A stretch of DNA of 64,000 nucleotides, taken from assembly GCA_964016885.1 (NCBI GenBank), contig OZ024740.1, forward strand, positions 387,128,001-387,192,000, read 5' to 3'. Source of the stretch: Eledone cirrhosa (lineage: Eukaryota). The notes under the pieces are model-generated. The model did no database searches, was not told where the DNA came from, and saw nothing but the letters and a program-made list of their open reading frames with translations. Every line of letters begins with the position of its first letter. Positions within the stretch are counted from its first letter, which is position 1. Below, in pieces: positions 26,440 through 38,450 of this stretch. The position numbers and the translations under genes are program-made.

Positions 26440-26783
26440 CTCTCGGGTCCCAAATAACAGGAGGGGTGGCAATAATGGTGGTGGTGGAGAGGGGGGTTTT
26501 GGGGTTTGGGAAATCAATAATTGTTTAGTTTACGTTCGTAAATATGGGATTCCTTGTAATGTTCTTTTTTTGTCATATATAATATTTTTTTAATGTAAAA
26601 TCAAATTATTATTAGATTCTACAGCTGCTGTATCAATATGAATCACTTACAATAACATTTCACCGGAGATAGATTAGCAAAATTTGATAAGCAGGTGGGG
26701 TGGGGTGGAATAAAAACCGTTGTGGGTGGGATCTGACAAATTAATAAGCGGGGGATGGGGACTATTATTCAAGACTTGACAGT
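26440..26783. mobile_element. Possible old MITE
   Basis: Diverged TIRs actctcgggtcccaaataa / ttattcaagacttgacagta. Confidence 0.4.
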
Positions 26784-26844
26784 ACGTGAATTATTGGCGG
26801 GCGTAAGAATGAAAACGCAAACTCAATATCGAAGTAGAGTTTAA

Positions 26845-26982
26845 ATATTCATTTATTATGGCTAAGCCTTGTTGCTCTGGAGTCTCACCTGCGTACTCAC
26901 CAGACAAGACTGGTGATCCTGTGAGTGCGCAGGTGAAACTTTAGAGTAACAAAGCTCAACAATAGCCGTATTAAATGAATGT
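26845..26982. repeat. Imperfect palindrome, ~58 bp arms
   Basis: attcatttattatggcta..ttgttgctctggagtctcacctgcgtactcac / gtgagtgcgcaggtgaaactttagagtaacaa..tagccgtattaaatgaat. Confidence 0.85.
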
Positions 26983-27012
26983 ATATATATATGTATGCGG
27001 AAAAGGTAAAGG

Positions 27013-27085
27013 ATTCTTTCTGATGAGCAATATCAGACGTTTCTGTTAGAATCGTCTAACTTCATGAAACCTTGGGTAATGGAAT
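27013..27085 (+). ncRNA. Type I HHR motif
   Basis: auucuuu-CUGAUGA-g..AGACG..CGUCU..-GAAA-CC.uug.GG-UA^auggaau; base of stem II eroded. Confidence 0.6.
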
Positions 27086-27109
27086 AATTATGTTGTGTTG
27101 TTTATTACA

Positions 27110-27186
<77 letters not shown>

Positions 27187-27974
27187 TGTATATATATAGA
27201 GAGAGAGAAGATGAATAAATTGGGTATAATACCAGTTTCTTACTTAATGCGAAGAAGCTCGATATATTAACCCTTTGGGAAAGGGCACAGAGCATAATAT
27301 TTTTAAAATTATATATATGTAGAGCGATGTAACGAGAGGTGAGGGGGGCACCCCCTCTAATAATTATATTTTCTCCCCAAACTACCAAAACACACATCTA
27401 TTTGGATATGGGCTCAAATTCAGAAATGCTTCCACCGCCCCTGTATAATTGGTTTAAATTAATGTAAAATGAAATACGACCATAGCCAAAGGGACAGCAT
27501 GGGTAAAGCCAAGGAAAACTTGAGGATCCAAGCATTTTCACATAGAATGTTGTAATTAATGAATTATTAAATAAGATATTTTTTACTATAAACTCCGTCG
27601 TTTTAGAAGGAGAGAGAGAGGGGGCGTGTATGTTCATATGTTCACGCGTACTTATTTTTATTAGCTCACCACCGCCGCCGTTATCACCACAGCCTAAAAA
27701 CAGCTCTGCAGTCTCTGGTAATATAATAATAATGAAATGATTGTGTACAGTGCTCAGGTGCACTACAATTATGTATCACATGCCTAGAAAAATTTATACT
27801 CTGTATTTCAGAGAAAAGTGAATTTAGGACGTTCCTATTTTTTCCAATGGAAGGGAATTGTTTTCTAAATATAATCGAAAGCGGCTCGCAGTCGCCATTA
27901 CTCTGGTTGTTCACTTCTTATATTCACAGCGGTCATCGAAGGGAATACTATCCATACAGTCATATTATCAGTAT

Positions 27975-28565
27975 GGTGCAGGTAGAGTAATGTCGGTAGA
28001 GCGCCGGACAAAATGCTTTTTATGTTCTAAGTTCAAATCACGCCGTGGTCAACATTTCCTTTCATCATTCCGAGGTCGATAGAATAAAATACAAATCAAG
28101 TACTGAAATCGATATAATCGACTTTCCCTTCCCTCAAATTGCTGGCCTTGTGCCAAAGTTAAAAAGAATTATCAAGGGTGATGGATTGGCAGCATCGGTA
28201 GAACGCCGGACTAAATGCTTCGCAACATAGAGTTACAGCCCTTTACCTTCTGAGTTCAAATCCCGCCGAGGTTAGCTTTGCTTTTCATCCTTACGGGGTC
28301 GATAAAATAAAGTACCAGTGATGCACTGGGGAAGATTTAATTGAGTTTACCCCCACCTCCCCGCCAAAAAAATTTGTTGGCCTTGTGCCTAAATCAGAAA
28401 CCGTTATTTACTTACGATTTTCTACGTTTTGAGTTCAAATCCCACCGAGATCAACTTTATTAGTCATCCTTCCGGGGGCCGATAAGTACCAGTTACGTAC
28501 TGAGTCGATATAATCGACTATTCCCTTCCCACAGATTGCTAGTTGTGTACCAATGTTAGAAAGAG
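27975..28565 (+). mobile_element. Tandem array of three Deu/Nin-core tRNA SINEs
   Basis: Repeated gagttcaaatcccgccgagg...tttcatcc..cggggtcgataaaataaagtaccag...ggccttgtgcc. Confidence 0.85.
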
Positions 28566-28799
28566 TTATTAATGTTATACGTATTGAAATGATGTGATCA
28601 AGTCTCTACCGAGTTTGCATCTTAGCTTTTATTTTCGGTTTTGAGTACTTAACTTTGCCTAACTGTCACATCCCAAATTAATTATTTATCTCTAACCCAA
28701 AGGCCAAAAGGAAGATCATCTGGCATTTCCCCCACCAACTCTAGACAATCCAGCTAGCTTCAGAATTGAAGGGATATTAACGCTGTTCAGAGCCGCTTT

Positions 28800-29970
28800 A
28801 TTATTTGTTTTTTATCTTGGTATGGTGAGCGAAGTGATCTGCATGTAAATGACAAGACACTCTATGAAAACCTATGGAGTCAAGGTGCCTTGCCACATCA
28901 ACATGTAAAACCCCTACAAACCTCAGAAGCGTGATGGAGATATGGAGCTCATCCAGACAAAGTAGGCTAACGATATTAGCCACGGGCAAAGCATCAGCTC
29001 AGTCCCCTGAGAATTTGGCACTTGCAGAAAATAAGCGGGACCTTAAGTATTTGTTGAAGTTGTCGAACAGGGAGTTAACAATGTCTCTTGTCCCAAATTC
29101 TTTGCTTCAATTGATCTTGTTCTGTGCCAAAACTGACAAACCCAGCTCCCTCTACTGTAGTAGGGGTTTACACACCTCCCTGTTGGAGTTAGTCCATGTT
29201 AGAAAGGAGAGAATGGTGCCCATCGAAGGTGGAGGGGGTAAGCATGGGTGGAAGAAGAAAAACTGGGTCAAGACAGAGACGAACATTTGTGTAGATCTAT
29301 GTCCCCAAATTGGGGGGAAACGCCGCCTAGTCACGAGACTTCAGAGAATGTCTATGGTTAACCAAACTTCCGAGTTTCTCAAAAATTGGGTTGTCAAAAC
29401 GTCGCAGAAGGAACTGACTTTGAGCATACACAGTAAGTTAGCAAAAGACAGGTAATTTAAAAAAAAAAAAAAAATCTTGATGAGACTCAATTACCTCAAT
29501 GTTCTAACTTAATTGCTCGAGGTTTGCCAATCTGGAGAGAAAGGTTGTTTCGAAAACTAAATCAGTAATTGGGGCCTCAAGGGAGCACCATGCCGGTGGG
29601 AGAGCGACTGTAATCCACTATCGAGCTAGGAGGGGAATCCTGCAGCATCAAAGCCATGCTTTATGACCTTGTTGAGAGCAACATGGTGTGGAAGGTGGCC
29701 GGCACTGTAGCGACAGGAAAGCGGATGAAGGCCGAAAGGGTCTACGATGGATCCGCAGCGACTTTGTATGGCTCACAGATCCGGAGGCCGAGCCTCAGGG
29801 AGAGCCCAGTTCGCATGCTATGATTATCCAGCTGCGTGTGAATTGAAAAGGAGGGTAAGGCATTGAGCTAGGCACCGCTGTGGGGTTGCGAGGCCGAACG
29901 AAAATACGCCAGGCGGTGCTGGTCGAGCTGGCGCGTTAGTCTGTCCGAGGCCATGTTGCACTGGATGCTG
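28800..29970 (-). pseudogene. Two degraded CRE-like non-LTR fragments (RT C-terminus / zinc knuckle region)
   Basis: LPVANIVSLL.LDELHISITLLR and LRLG..CEP..H.LSCR motifs, homologous to 32570-33355. Confidence 0.65.
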
Positions 29971-30547
29971 GTAGTGGAATTCAAATGTCAAGAAGTTAGC
30001 GGTGGAAGCAGACTAGCGGTAGAGGGTGAGACAGGGTATACAACACCGGCAGCGGGACTATAATGAGAAGAAGGTAGCGGTGGAAACAAACTAACTGTTG
30101 GGTGGGTGACAGGATGAACAGCATCAGTTTCGTTGAAAGCAACACTGATGAAGTTAGCTCCCTTAGTATGCGACGAACGTTGTAACAAAATTGTCTAACC
30201 AGACAGGCTTTTTCGTCACTCAACAAGTGTCACTATTGTCAAAAAGTATTTTAAAAGAGACATTTTTCAAAATGGTATCCACTAATATTTAGTCCAACCA
30301 GACTGGCGTATAGCCGACAGGATGAGCAAGCTTATTAGAGAAATATTGGTCCTCCTGCCCAAACACATGGAAGTTGGAAGGCGAACCGTTTACCCTTATG
30401 ATGTGTGGCCGATTCTCACACTTGGTGGTGAATTGAGGGTCGTTATTTGTTTTTGTTTCTCTTTTGTTTTTTTTTCTTTCGCTCTGGTCGTATATTTTGG
30501 TGCATTGTATTTGTGAAGTTCCTAGCAATAGTTAATTGTATTTATTA

Positions 30548-31336
30548 CTAGCAGAATGGCCCGGCGTTGCTCGGGATTTGCTATAGGGTTCTTATATATT
30601 TGATATATATTTATCCTTATCGAACCTCGTGAAATAAATACGTTTGTTTATATTTTGTTATTGTGTATGCAAAAATATCTGTCCATAAATATATAATTAT
30701 ATATATATATATTAAAATAACAGACTAAAGTTTAAGCAAAGAATCACTGCTTTCACCCTTAACGGGATATTCTACCTAAAAGCAGTATGAAGTACATACA
30801 CTAAGACTAATTGATGTAATCTTTGGCCTTGTTTGTTTATATTTTGTTTTTGTGTATGCAAAAATATCTGTACACGAATATCTATATTAAAATAATATAT
30901 TAATGTTTAAGCAAAGAATCGCTGCTTTCAACCTTAACGGGATCTTCTTAAACTAAAAAAATCAATCTGGAAAACAGGAAGACGATACTTTGGTTCGTGA
31001 AGACGTTCCCTGGCATAAGAATATATATACATACACACACTGATCGCGTCATAATGACGTAATGCAGACAGTCAGGCATACAGACAGATATTATGAAGGC
31101 GCGACGTCATATCTATGTATCTATCTAAAAAGAGAAAGACTAAGAGAAAGAGAAAGAGATCGCTAAATCGCCTAATGCGGTCCCTAGGGCATTGAAAATT
31201 AAAAAAAAATTTTTGCTCAAAACACTTCCGGGGTCATACGAGTTACATGTATAAAGTTTGAAAAAAACCGGTTGGGTACTTCTCGAGTTTTAGGGAAACA
31301 GACACACAGACATCCTCTGTTTTATATATATATAGA
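30548..31336 (-). mobile_element. Non-autonomous Helitron
   Basis: Minus strand starts A|TCTATATATA and ends with hairpin cccgagcaacgccggg followed by CTAG|T; internal duplicated segment; related fragment at ~10050-10112. Confidence 0.88.
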
Positions 31337-31368
31337 TGTGTTTATACTTTCATTTTGAAAGAATTGTG

Positions 31369-31422
31369 GGCATACGTCAAAACGGCCGGTCGCAAAAGTG
31401 AAACTAATTTTTGACGTATGCC
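31369..31422. mobile_element. 54 bp minimal MITE (Merlin-like)
   Basis: Perfect 14 bp TIR ggcatacgtcaaaa / ttttgacgtatgcc; perfect 8 bp TSD gaattgtg. Confidence 0.85.
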
Positions 31423-31744
31423 GAATTGTGAACAATTTGTAAAGTTATTTATACAACAGTGAATAAAATTCAAATATATTTTTTTAAATAATAAAAATTT
31501 AAAAAATAAACACAGATAAATGAATAAACAAACTGGAAAATAAATAAAATAGAATGAGTGAAATAAGAGAAATATGAAAAATAAATGTTTGAGTGCGTGA
31601 TGTTTGGTAAAAGTTCAAATATATTTTCAAATTCTAGTTTCTATTCATATAATTTTAAATTTGGTTGAGCCCGTCTCTTCTCCTGGTCTGGACATAGCCG
31701 ATTTCTTCTAGAAAATATGAGAGAGAGAGAGAGATTGAAGAAGA

Positions 31745-31885
31745 ACCAATTCTAGTACCTAACTGGTACTTTTGTTTCGACATCGAACGGATAAAAGACA
31801 AAGTTGACTTTGGCAGGATTTGAACCCAGAGAGCCGGAATGAATATCCCAACGTCCGTCCAACGACTCTGTCAATTCGCTCCATT
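31745..31885 (-). mobile_element. Deu/Nin-core SINE, diverged
   Basis: ctggtacttt..cga...ggataaaagacaaagttgac..ggcaggatttgaacc. Confidence 0.7.
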
Positions 31886-31962
31886 TTAGTCATTATAAAA
31901 ATCATTTATCATTCCATTATTTCTAACCATTTCCCGTTGCTATTTCTTTCCGTAATCCATTC

Positions 31963-32385
31963 AATGACTGCGAGTTTCTTATCTTCACTGGAGGCTCGCC
32001 TAACAGAGGTAACTCGTGATGCTCTTGAGAGCGCTTGGTTGTTCCAGTGCATCAGCCTCGCCATTACTCGAGGTAACACTGCGAGCGTGCTGGCTTGCCT
32101 CAAAATTATTAGAGAGGTTTCTCAGTGCTTCTCGCTATACTGTTATCTTTTACTCTGGTAGCGGCTCTGCTGTCCACCCCTTTCGCTGGCCTTTTATTGC
32201 ATGTGATCCTAATTGTATGTATACCCTGATTTATATAAATTATGTGTTTGTGTTTTCGTTCTTTAACCATTATATTATTATATCTTTTAGACAACTGTAA
32301 ATAAAAGATTTTCTTAATGTTTATATGTTCATTCGTTCAATGGTGTGTATTTTATTTATAAGGTTCCTAGCAATAGTTAATAGAT
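31963..32385 (+). mobile_element. CRE-like LINE 3' end
   Basis: ARLTEVTRDALESAWLFQCISLAITRGNTASVLACLK followed by 3' UTR ending gttcctagcaatagttaat (also at ~30518-30536). Confidence 0.8.
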
Positions 32386-32569
32386 TATATGTATGGACTT
32401 CTATTTCATCTTATATATTTGTTACATATCAATATATATATATTTGGGATTCTTTCAGAAGGATATATTCTTTTAATGTTGCAATAGTAAAGAAAATGTA
32501 AAGGAAGGGGTGAACAACCGAACCATCACCAGAGCAAAAGACAGCAGCGAGGGGTACCGGGCAACCTCT

Positions 32570-33470
32570 CTAATGATTTTTGAGGCAAGCCAGCACACTC
32601 GCAGCGTTGCCTCGGGTGATGGCGAGGCTAATGCGCTGGAAAAACCAAGCGCCCTTGCGAGATTCGCCAGTTACCTCTATTAGGCGAGCCGCCGGTGAAG
32701 AGAGGAACCTCGCAGTCAGCAGCCCGACTCCCCGAAACTTCTTGAAAGCCACAGGCTGAAAAATATAGCTGGCCGACAGATCAAAGTATTTGAGGGTCTT
32801 ACTCCGCTCGGTTGCGGAAGCTGTGGATCTCGTCCTAACCGCAGCATCCAGGATGTGGGAAGAAGCAAAAGAGTCACTAACGGTGACGTCCCAGACAAGG
32901 CACCTGCCTCTCGACCAGGGACACAAGGTAAGGCCGTCAGGTCTTTTGTCGTCACTTCTGGACAACCCAGATGATTCTAAGATTGAGATGTTCGCCCGAG
33001 CCAAAGCTCTCTTGATAATGAGGTTTAGCTCCGTGTGACGCGCGAAGCCGCCGGCATTCAGGCGGCAAGAAAGACCATGGAGGCCTGTGGAGTCGAGGAG
33101 TTTGCCGCATCGGCACCTCAAACCCATGCAGACATCAGCTCCCACTCTGAGGGCGATGGAGACACGAAGTTCGTCCAGGCTGAGTAGGCCACCAACATTG
33201 GCCACGGGTAGGGCATCAACCCAGTCGCCTGAGTATTTGGCGCTGGCAGATAGTAAGCGGCACCTTGCAAACTGATCCGATAGGACGAAGAAGGAGTCGA
33301 AGGTGGCCTTCGAACTTATGATGTCCCAAGTTCTCTGACTTCGACTGTCCTCCACCTACTCAGGAAGAGACAAGCCCAACTCACTCCATTGCTGGAGAGC
33401 TTCACCCAACTCCCTGTTGGAACTCGTCCATGTTGGAGAGGAGAGGATGCTGCTCACAGTTTCATGAGAA
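32570..33470 (-). pseudogene. CRE-like (REL-endonuclease) non-LTR retrotransposon C-terminus
   Basis: CRCGK.LD..GLHGLSC knuckle, RH..LN, RPDGLTLCPW..G..LVWDVTV.D, KY..L...Y.FQP, FQRISLAITRGNAASV. Confidence 0.88.
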
Positions 33471-35017
33471 CATATATCATAAGGTGGGATACATCTGGTT
33501 CAAAAAATAGCTTTGGGTGGCTTCTTTTTCTTTAATATATATATATATATACATTTTTAATATATATATATATACATTTTTTATTGATATAATTTTTTGC
33601 TATAATAAGATGGGTAGCTGCCGACGATTGGACATTGATATTGTTGAGGCTCGTTCAGTGGTGAGCAACCGTCTGCTCAGACGTCTCTTCGGAATAAACT
33701 ACAGAGCCGCTATTAGCATTACCAAATTCTGTAGCTAACCAATTATGTATTTATTAAAGCCGCTCCATTACAAACTCACTTATACTGAATGTTACAAAAC
33801 ATAGAAATACACCTAATTGTTTTAGAGAAACAAAAGAAAGTGTTTGGGGAGACTTAAGATACATTACAGCTAGAAACATGATACATACGAACCCCAAACA
33901 TTGTAACAATGTGATTCAAATATACTTGATGTAAAATGAAAATATAAGTTATGCTAGAAAGTTATTACGAAACTAATCCTTGGCAAAACTCTTTATATCA
34001 ACATAGCATGCAAATCAGAGTTAATGATGCAAGGGAAATAACTCTTACATTGCTTCTGAAAAATTAAAAAGTTTAAATAGGTAACGAGATGAGATGATTT
34101 CGTTCTCATTAATGTGAATGACATAATGACCCTAAGACTGAGATTTTGAGTCCGTATTACTGTATAGATTTATCAAGACAATTTTTTGGTGGGGTAAATG
34201 ACAGAATAGATCACTCTAAATGCAAGTCCCTTAACTTTTTGCTGACGCTTTAATCCTATTAGACAAACATCTGACGTTAAATTGTATTCCACTTCCACCT
34301 AAAGCCACTTGTTACACACACCTATTTCTCTTTTTCTTCTCTCACTCTTACTATGTATCACTGCTCAGATCAACATTAAACATCTAGGTGCCTAAATTAA
34401 ACATTAACTGCTTTAAGCAAATATATTTTCCCATTTTCTGAGTATATATAATGTATTACTTATATAACATCGAAAAACCTCCGGTCTGTGAACGTTAACG
34501 TCTTTTCATTTATTTGTTTTGGATCTGGTAAAAAATGTGGTCCAGCATCTTAATTAATTTACGTTTTTCTTGCATTCAGTACTACGCTACAGATTTCTAG
34601 TTTCAGCCAGAAATCAAAACTAGACTGTAAACTCTCTTCTCTGAAAGCTGACGTCAAACTCTATGACACCCACCTGTATATATGCAATAGTTGTTTTTGT
34701 TATTGTTTAACTCAGTCTGTTCTGATCGAATGTAGTCAAAAGCTTCTTGTTTTCTGGAAGAATTGTAACTCTAGGCTTACATTTTCCAGGGAGGTATGGG
34801 CATTTGAGAGAGAAGGAGGGAGGAAAAAACAGATGTCTGCTATTTCTAGCAGTTCGAGCGATTTCGTAGACGCTCTTTCCTGTTACTAAAACAAAATCAC
34901 AAAGTTTGTTGACGGGAAGTAGATTCAATTGAATTGATCTTAATACATGGCTGGTATTTATTTTCTCGACTCGACACCAAAGGGATGAAAGCAAAATAGA
35001 AATCGTTGAGAAAACTG

Positions 35018-35212
35018 CAGATCTGTCAATTCTCCCCGTCCGACAGGGAGATCTCCCACCCACTTTGAGGTGGGTGAGAGATGTCTTCTTTTGTGAAAAT
35101 GGGTACAACTTTCATTATGTAAAATCTCCCAATTCTGCCTCATTTCTTCCCGTTTTGGGGCATTTTTTTTCATGGTACCTCTCGTTTGGGTTTTTAGAGG
35201 TTGGCAGGTCCG
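35018..35212 (-). mobile_element. MITE family B (TIR cagac.tg.caac)
   Basis: Same ~195 bp sequence at 58710-58877 (minus) and 61229-61423 (plus); right end only at ~56700-56726. Confidence 0.8.
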
Positions 35213-35319
35213 AAGCAGATCATCAAGGAAACAAAATATTATTAATCGAGTACTCAACCATCTCTGGAACTGTGCCGTCAATAAGGAAAGCAATAGTATT
35301 GGACACATTTCAATTTTGG

Positions 35320-35598
35320 AATTCTGCGAATTGAGAAATCACAGCTCCGATACTATTGTCATGTGGTCAGAATGCCCAAGGAAAGAATCGCTGGACAGAT
35401 TTTACGGGCAAAACCAACCGTCAAAGGTAGATCATTGTAAAGATGGCTGGATAACATTCATGAGCTCGGTTCGTCTCGCTTGGAGATCCAGCTTGATCAA
35501 TTGGAGACAGTTGCTTCTGACAGGACCCGCTCGAAGGCGTGCCTGATGACTCTGCTTCCACGATCCTCCCAGGAATAAGTGGGCAAGAAGAAGAAGAC
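35320..35598 (+). mobile_element. RTE LINE 3' fragment with (AAG)n tail
   Basis: Inverted homolog of 36670-36965. Confidence 0.8.
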
Positions 35599-35629
35599 AT
35601 GAGCAGATTATGTCTGATTGACTCTCTTC

Positions 35630-36660
35630 CTGCCGTGAAACTGCTTCACCATGCAGATGCCGCATTATGGTCCCAGCGGACCGAATAAGGAGGAGAATAG
35701 CGATGGAGACACGCTGAAAGAGTCGTTTCGACTCGCGGATTTCATTTCTGCGGGTGGTTAACTCTGTCCCGGTAGCAGCGAATAGGAAGGTGGTTTGGGG
35801 ACCCTGAACTCCACAAGTTTTCACTGCTATAGGTTCAACGACAAACTTATCTTAAGCTTATGAAGCAATGAAACCTGGGTTTGTCACCGAATTCACCAGC
35901 CTGCTCCTGGAGAAAGTGTCGCTGCTTATTACATCCAGATGAGAGGCTTACCACCACTGAACAGGCAGATTGTGATGGCTCTTTCCCACCCACTTAGTCT
36001 AATACTACCAGTTCGAATTGTAATGGAAAGCCAGCATTTATCATGGGTTCGCTAAGACATCTGTGTTTCTCGTAGATCCGGAGTATGCGTCTCAGGAAAA
36101 CACTGAACCACAGACATTCGTTGTCAAACTGGGTACCAGTTGACTGCGAGTGTACGGCATTTAGCCAGGGATCGCTATGGGATTGGGAAGTGGAGCAGTG
36201 TACAAGCTTTGTCGTACTGGATTGCGTCCCATTTGTTTTGAGTAGATTAAACGTCTACAGAATGGAGACCAAGTTGCGTAGGTTGCCTCGAGTACCCGGA
36301 TCGCAATAGGCTATGACGAGTTGTGAAGAACTTTGTCGATGAGGGTGTGTCAGAAGACTGACTATGAAAGAAATGCTAACAGTACCAATGAAACTGGATA
36401 CCGGAAACGAAAGCCACTGTGTCTGACAGGTAAGATGGCTTATCATCTGATGTCATCGAACTGGACGTTGCATATCTTCTCTGCATCACGCCAGATGCAG
36501 ATATCAAGATCCGTAGGATGAGATGCATGACTGTAACATGAGGTACTGCGAAAGGTGTACAAAAACATCTGCACGGTGAAGCAGTTTTTTAGCAAGAAGA
36601 GAGTCAGATGCTCGTCAATCAGACACAATCTGCTCATGAGAGTATGGACTTCAGTGTCAA
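35630..36660 (-). pseudogene. Degraded CRE-like LINE fragment
   Basis: DEHLTLFLLKNCF..FLY.FRS and RLFQRVSIAI motifs. Confidence 0.7.
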
Positions 36661-36667
36661 TCAATTA

Positions 36668-37645
36668 AGTCTTCTTCTTCTTCTTCTTCTTCTTCTTCTT
36701 GCCCACTTATTCGTGTGAAGGTCGTGGTAGCAAAGCCCCCAAGCACTCCTTCCAGCGGGTCCTGTCAGAAGCAACTGTCTCCAATTGATCAAGCTGGATC
36801 TCCAAGTGAGACCAACCGAGCTCATGGACGTTCTCCAGCCATTTTCTTGGGGTCTACACCTGGGTCTCTTGACAGTTGGTTTTGCCCGTAAAATCTGTCC
36901 AGCGATTCTTCCCTTAGACATTCTGACCACATGACCATAGTGTCGGAGCTATGATTTCTCAATTCGGAGGAGTAGCGACTCTCCGTAGAGTAACACTCTG
37001 ATCTCCGAGCCATGCATTCTATCGAGTAAAGTTACTCCAAAGACTCTTCGGGGGAACCCCATTTCGACTGCTTGTATTCGAAATCATATTCTTTTGGTCA
37101 TTGCCCAAGATTCATGACCATAGGTAATAGCAGGCACGACCACCGAATAGATAGGGGTAGGTGTAAAAGACAAACTCGCTTTCTCCTAATGACAGAATTC
37201 TGAAGCTGGCACCAGATCCTGCAATTCTTGCACTTAATTCAGCCTCCTGCTTCCCATCACTCGTGAACATGGTCCCTTGGTACTTGAACTTCTCCACCTG
37301 CTTCAGTGGAACTCCAGTTCAGTATCTCAGTCTTTGCATAACTGATTTTTATTCCTATCAAGTGGATGTCAGAGATTACCTTCTGACGAGTGAAATAGTA
37401 TCATGTCGTCTGCAAATTCCAGCCGACTGAGCTTAGGGTCGCTCATCATGATATTACATCCAGCCCGGCTGCACATGTCAATCCTGTTCATGAAGATTAT
37501 GAAAAGGAGAAATGACAGTACGTACCCTAGGCGGAGTCCGACACCCACATTGGATGGTTTTGACTTTATCTGAACACAATTTCTGGGGCATTCGTAAAGG
37601 AACTTCAAGGCAACATGAAGCTATCCATCGATCCCATACTTCCAC
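36668..37645 (-). mobile_element. RTE-clade LINE 3' kilobase, degenerate RT, (AAG)n tail
   Basis: GVGLRLG.VLS.LLFIIFM, FADD, EKFKY.G; (ctt)n at 36670-36700. Confidence 0.85.
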
Positions 37646-38109
37646 AAATCCCGTGGAACGCGATAGTATGCTATTTCGAGATTTATAAAACAAGTATAGA
37701 CCTTTTGGCGATATCTCACGATTTCTTGAAAACCTGTCGCCGTGTGAACATTTAGTCGGCTGTGTTGCGTCCGGTGCGAAAACCACACTGTTTGTTAGAT
37801 AGCGTGACCTCGACAATATCCCTACAACAACTAAGTCAAATATCATATATAATAATTTCGTTTTGGTAAAATAATAAATAATTAATCAGAAATTGCAACC
37901 GCTCCGCTACCTAAACAGTGTAGTATATTTATCATTCCCCACGACTACCGTCACAAACAATTTTTTTTTTTGTACAAAAATGATTTGCTAAAGCAGTATT
38001 TTAATGAATACGATAGAAAATAGAGATAAACACACTAACAGTTCTCAGTAGATTTACAGTCAGTTGATGAGGGAAGTCTAAGTATCGAAGGCAGCTGGAT
38101 GGTAGAGGT

Positions 38110-38450
38110 GTGCAGTATTTCATGTGCAGCATATAGTAATAGTGTGCATGCACAGGAACTGACGTGAGAGTGCATGTGTAAGACACCCACGCTAGTACGC
38201 ATGGGCCGACCTAGCGCCAGTGCGCATGTACAATACCCACCATTTATGAACAGGTGCAAGGCTAACTGTAAGTGCACATTCATAAGAACTGTCTAGTGTG
38301 TATACACAAGACCTGAAACGATTGCTAATGTGCAAGGCCTGACGTGATTGCACATGTGCAAGACCCAACACTAGCGAGCTGTATGACCAGAAGCTTGTCG
38401 AGGTTTACGAAAGACCCGACATTAGTGACCATAGGCAATACCCAAACGAA
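38110..38450 (+). repeat. Diverged ~26 bp tandem repeat
   Basis: Recurrent gtgcatgtg.aagacc..acact units, related to 44700-45421. Confidence 0.6.

Noticed and set aside
28176-28270. tRNA gene call for SINE heads
   Set aside because: A and B boxes are present, but there is no cloverleaf and the SINE core follows directly.
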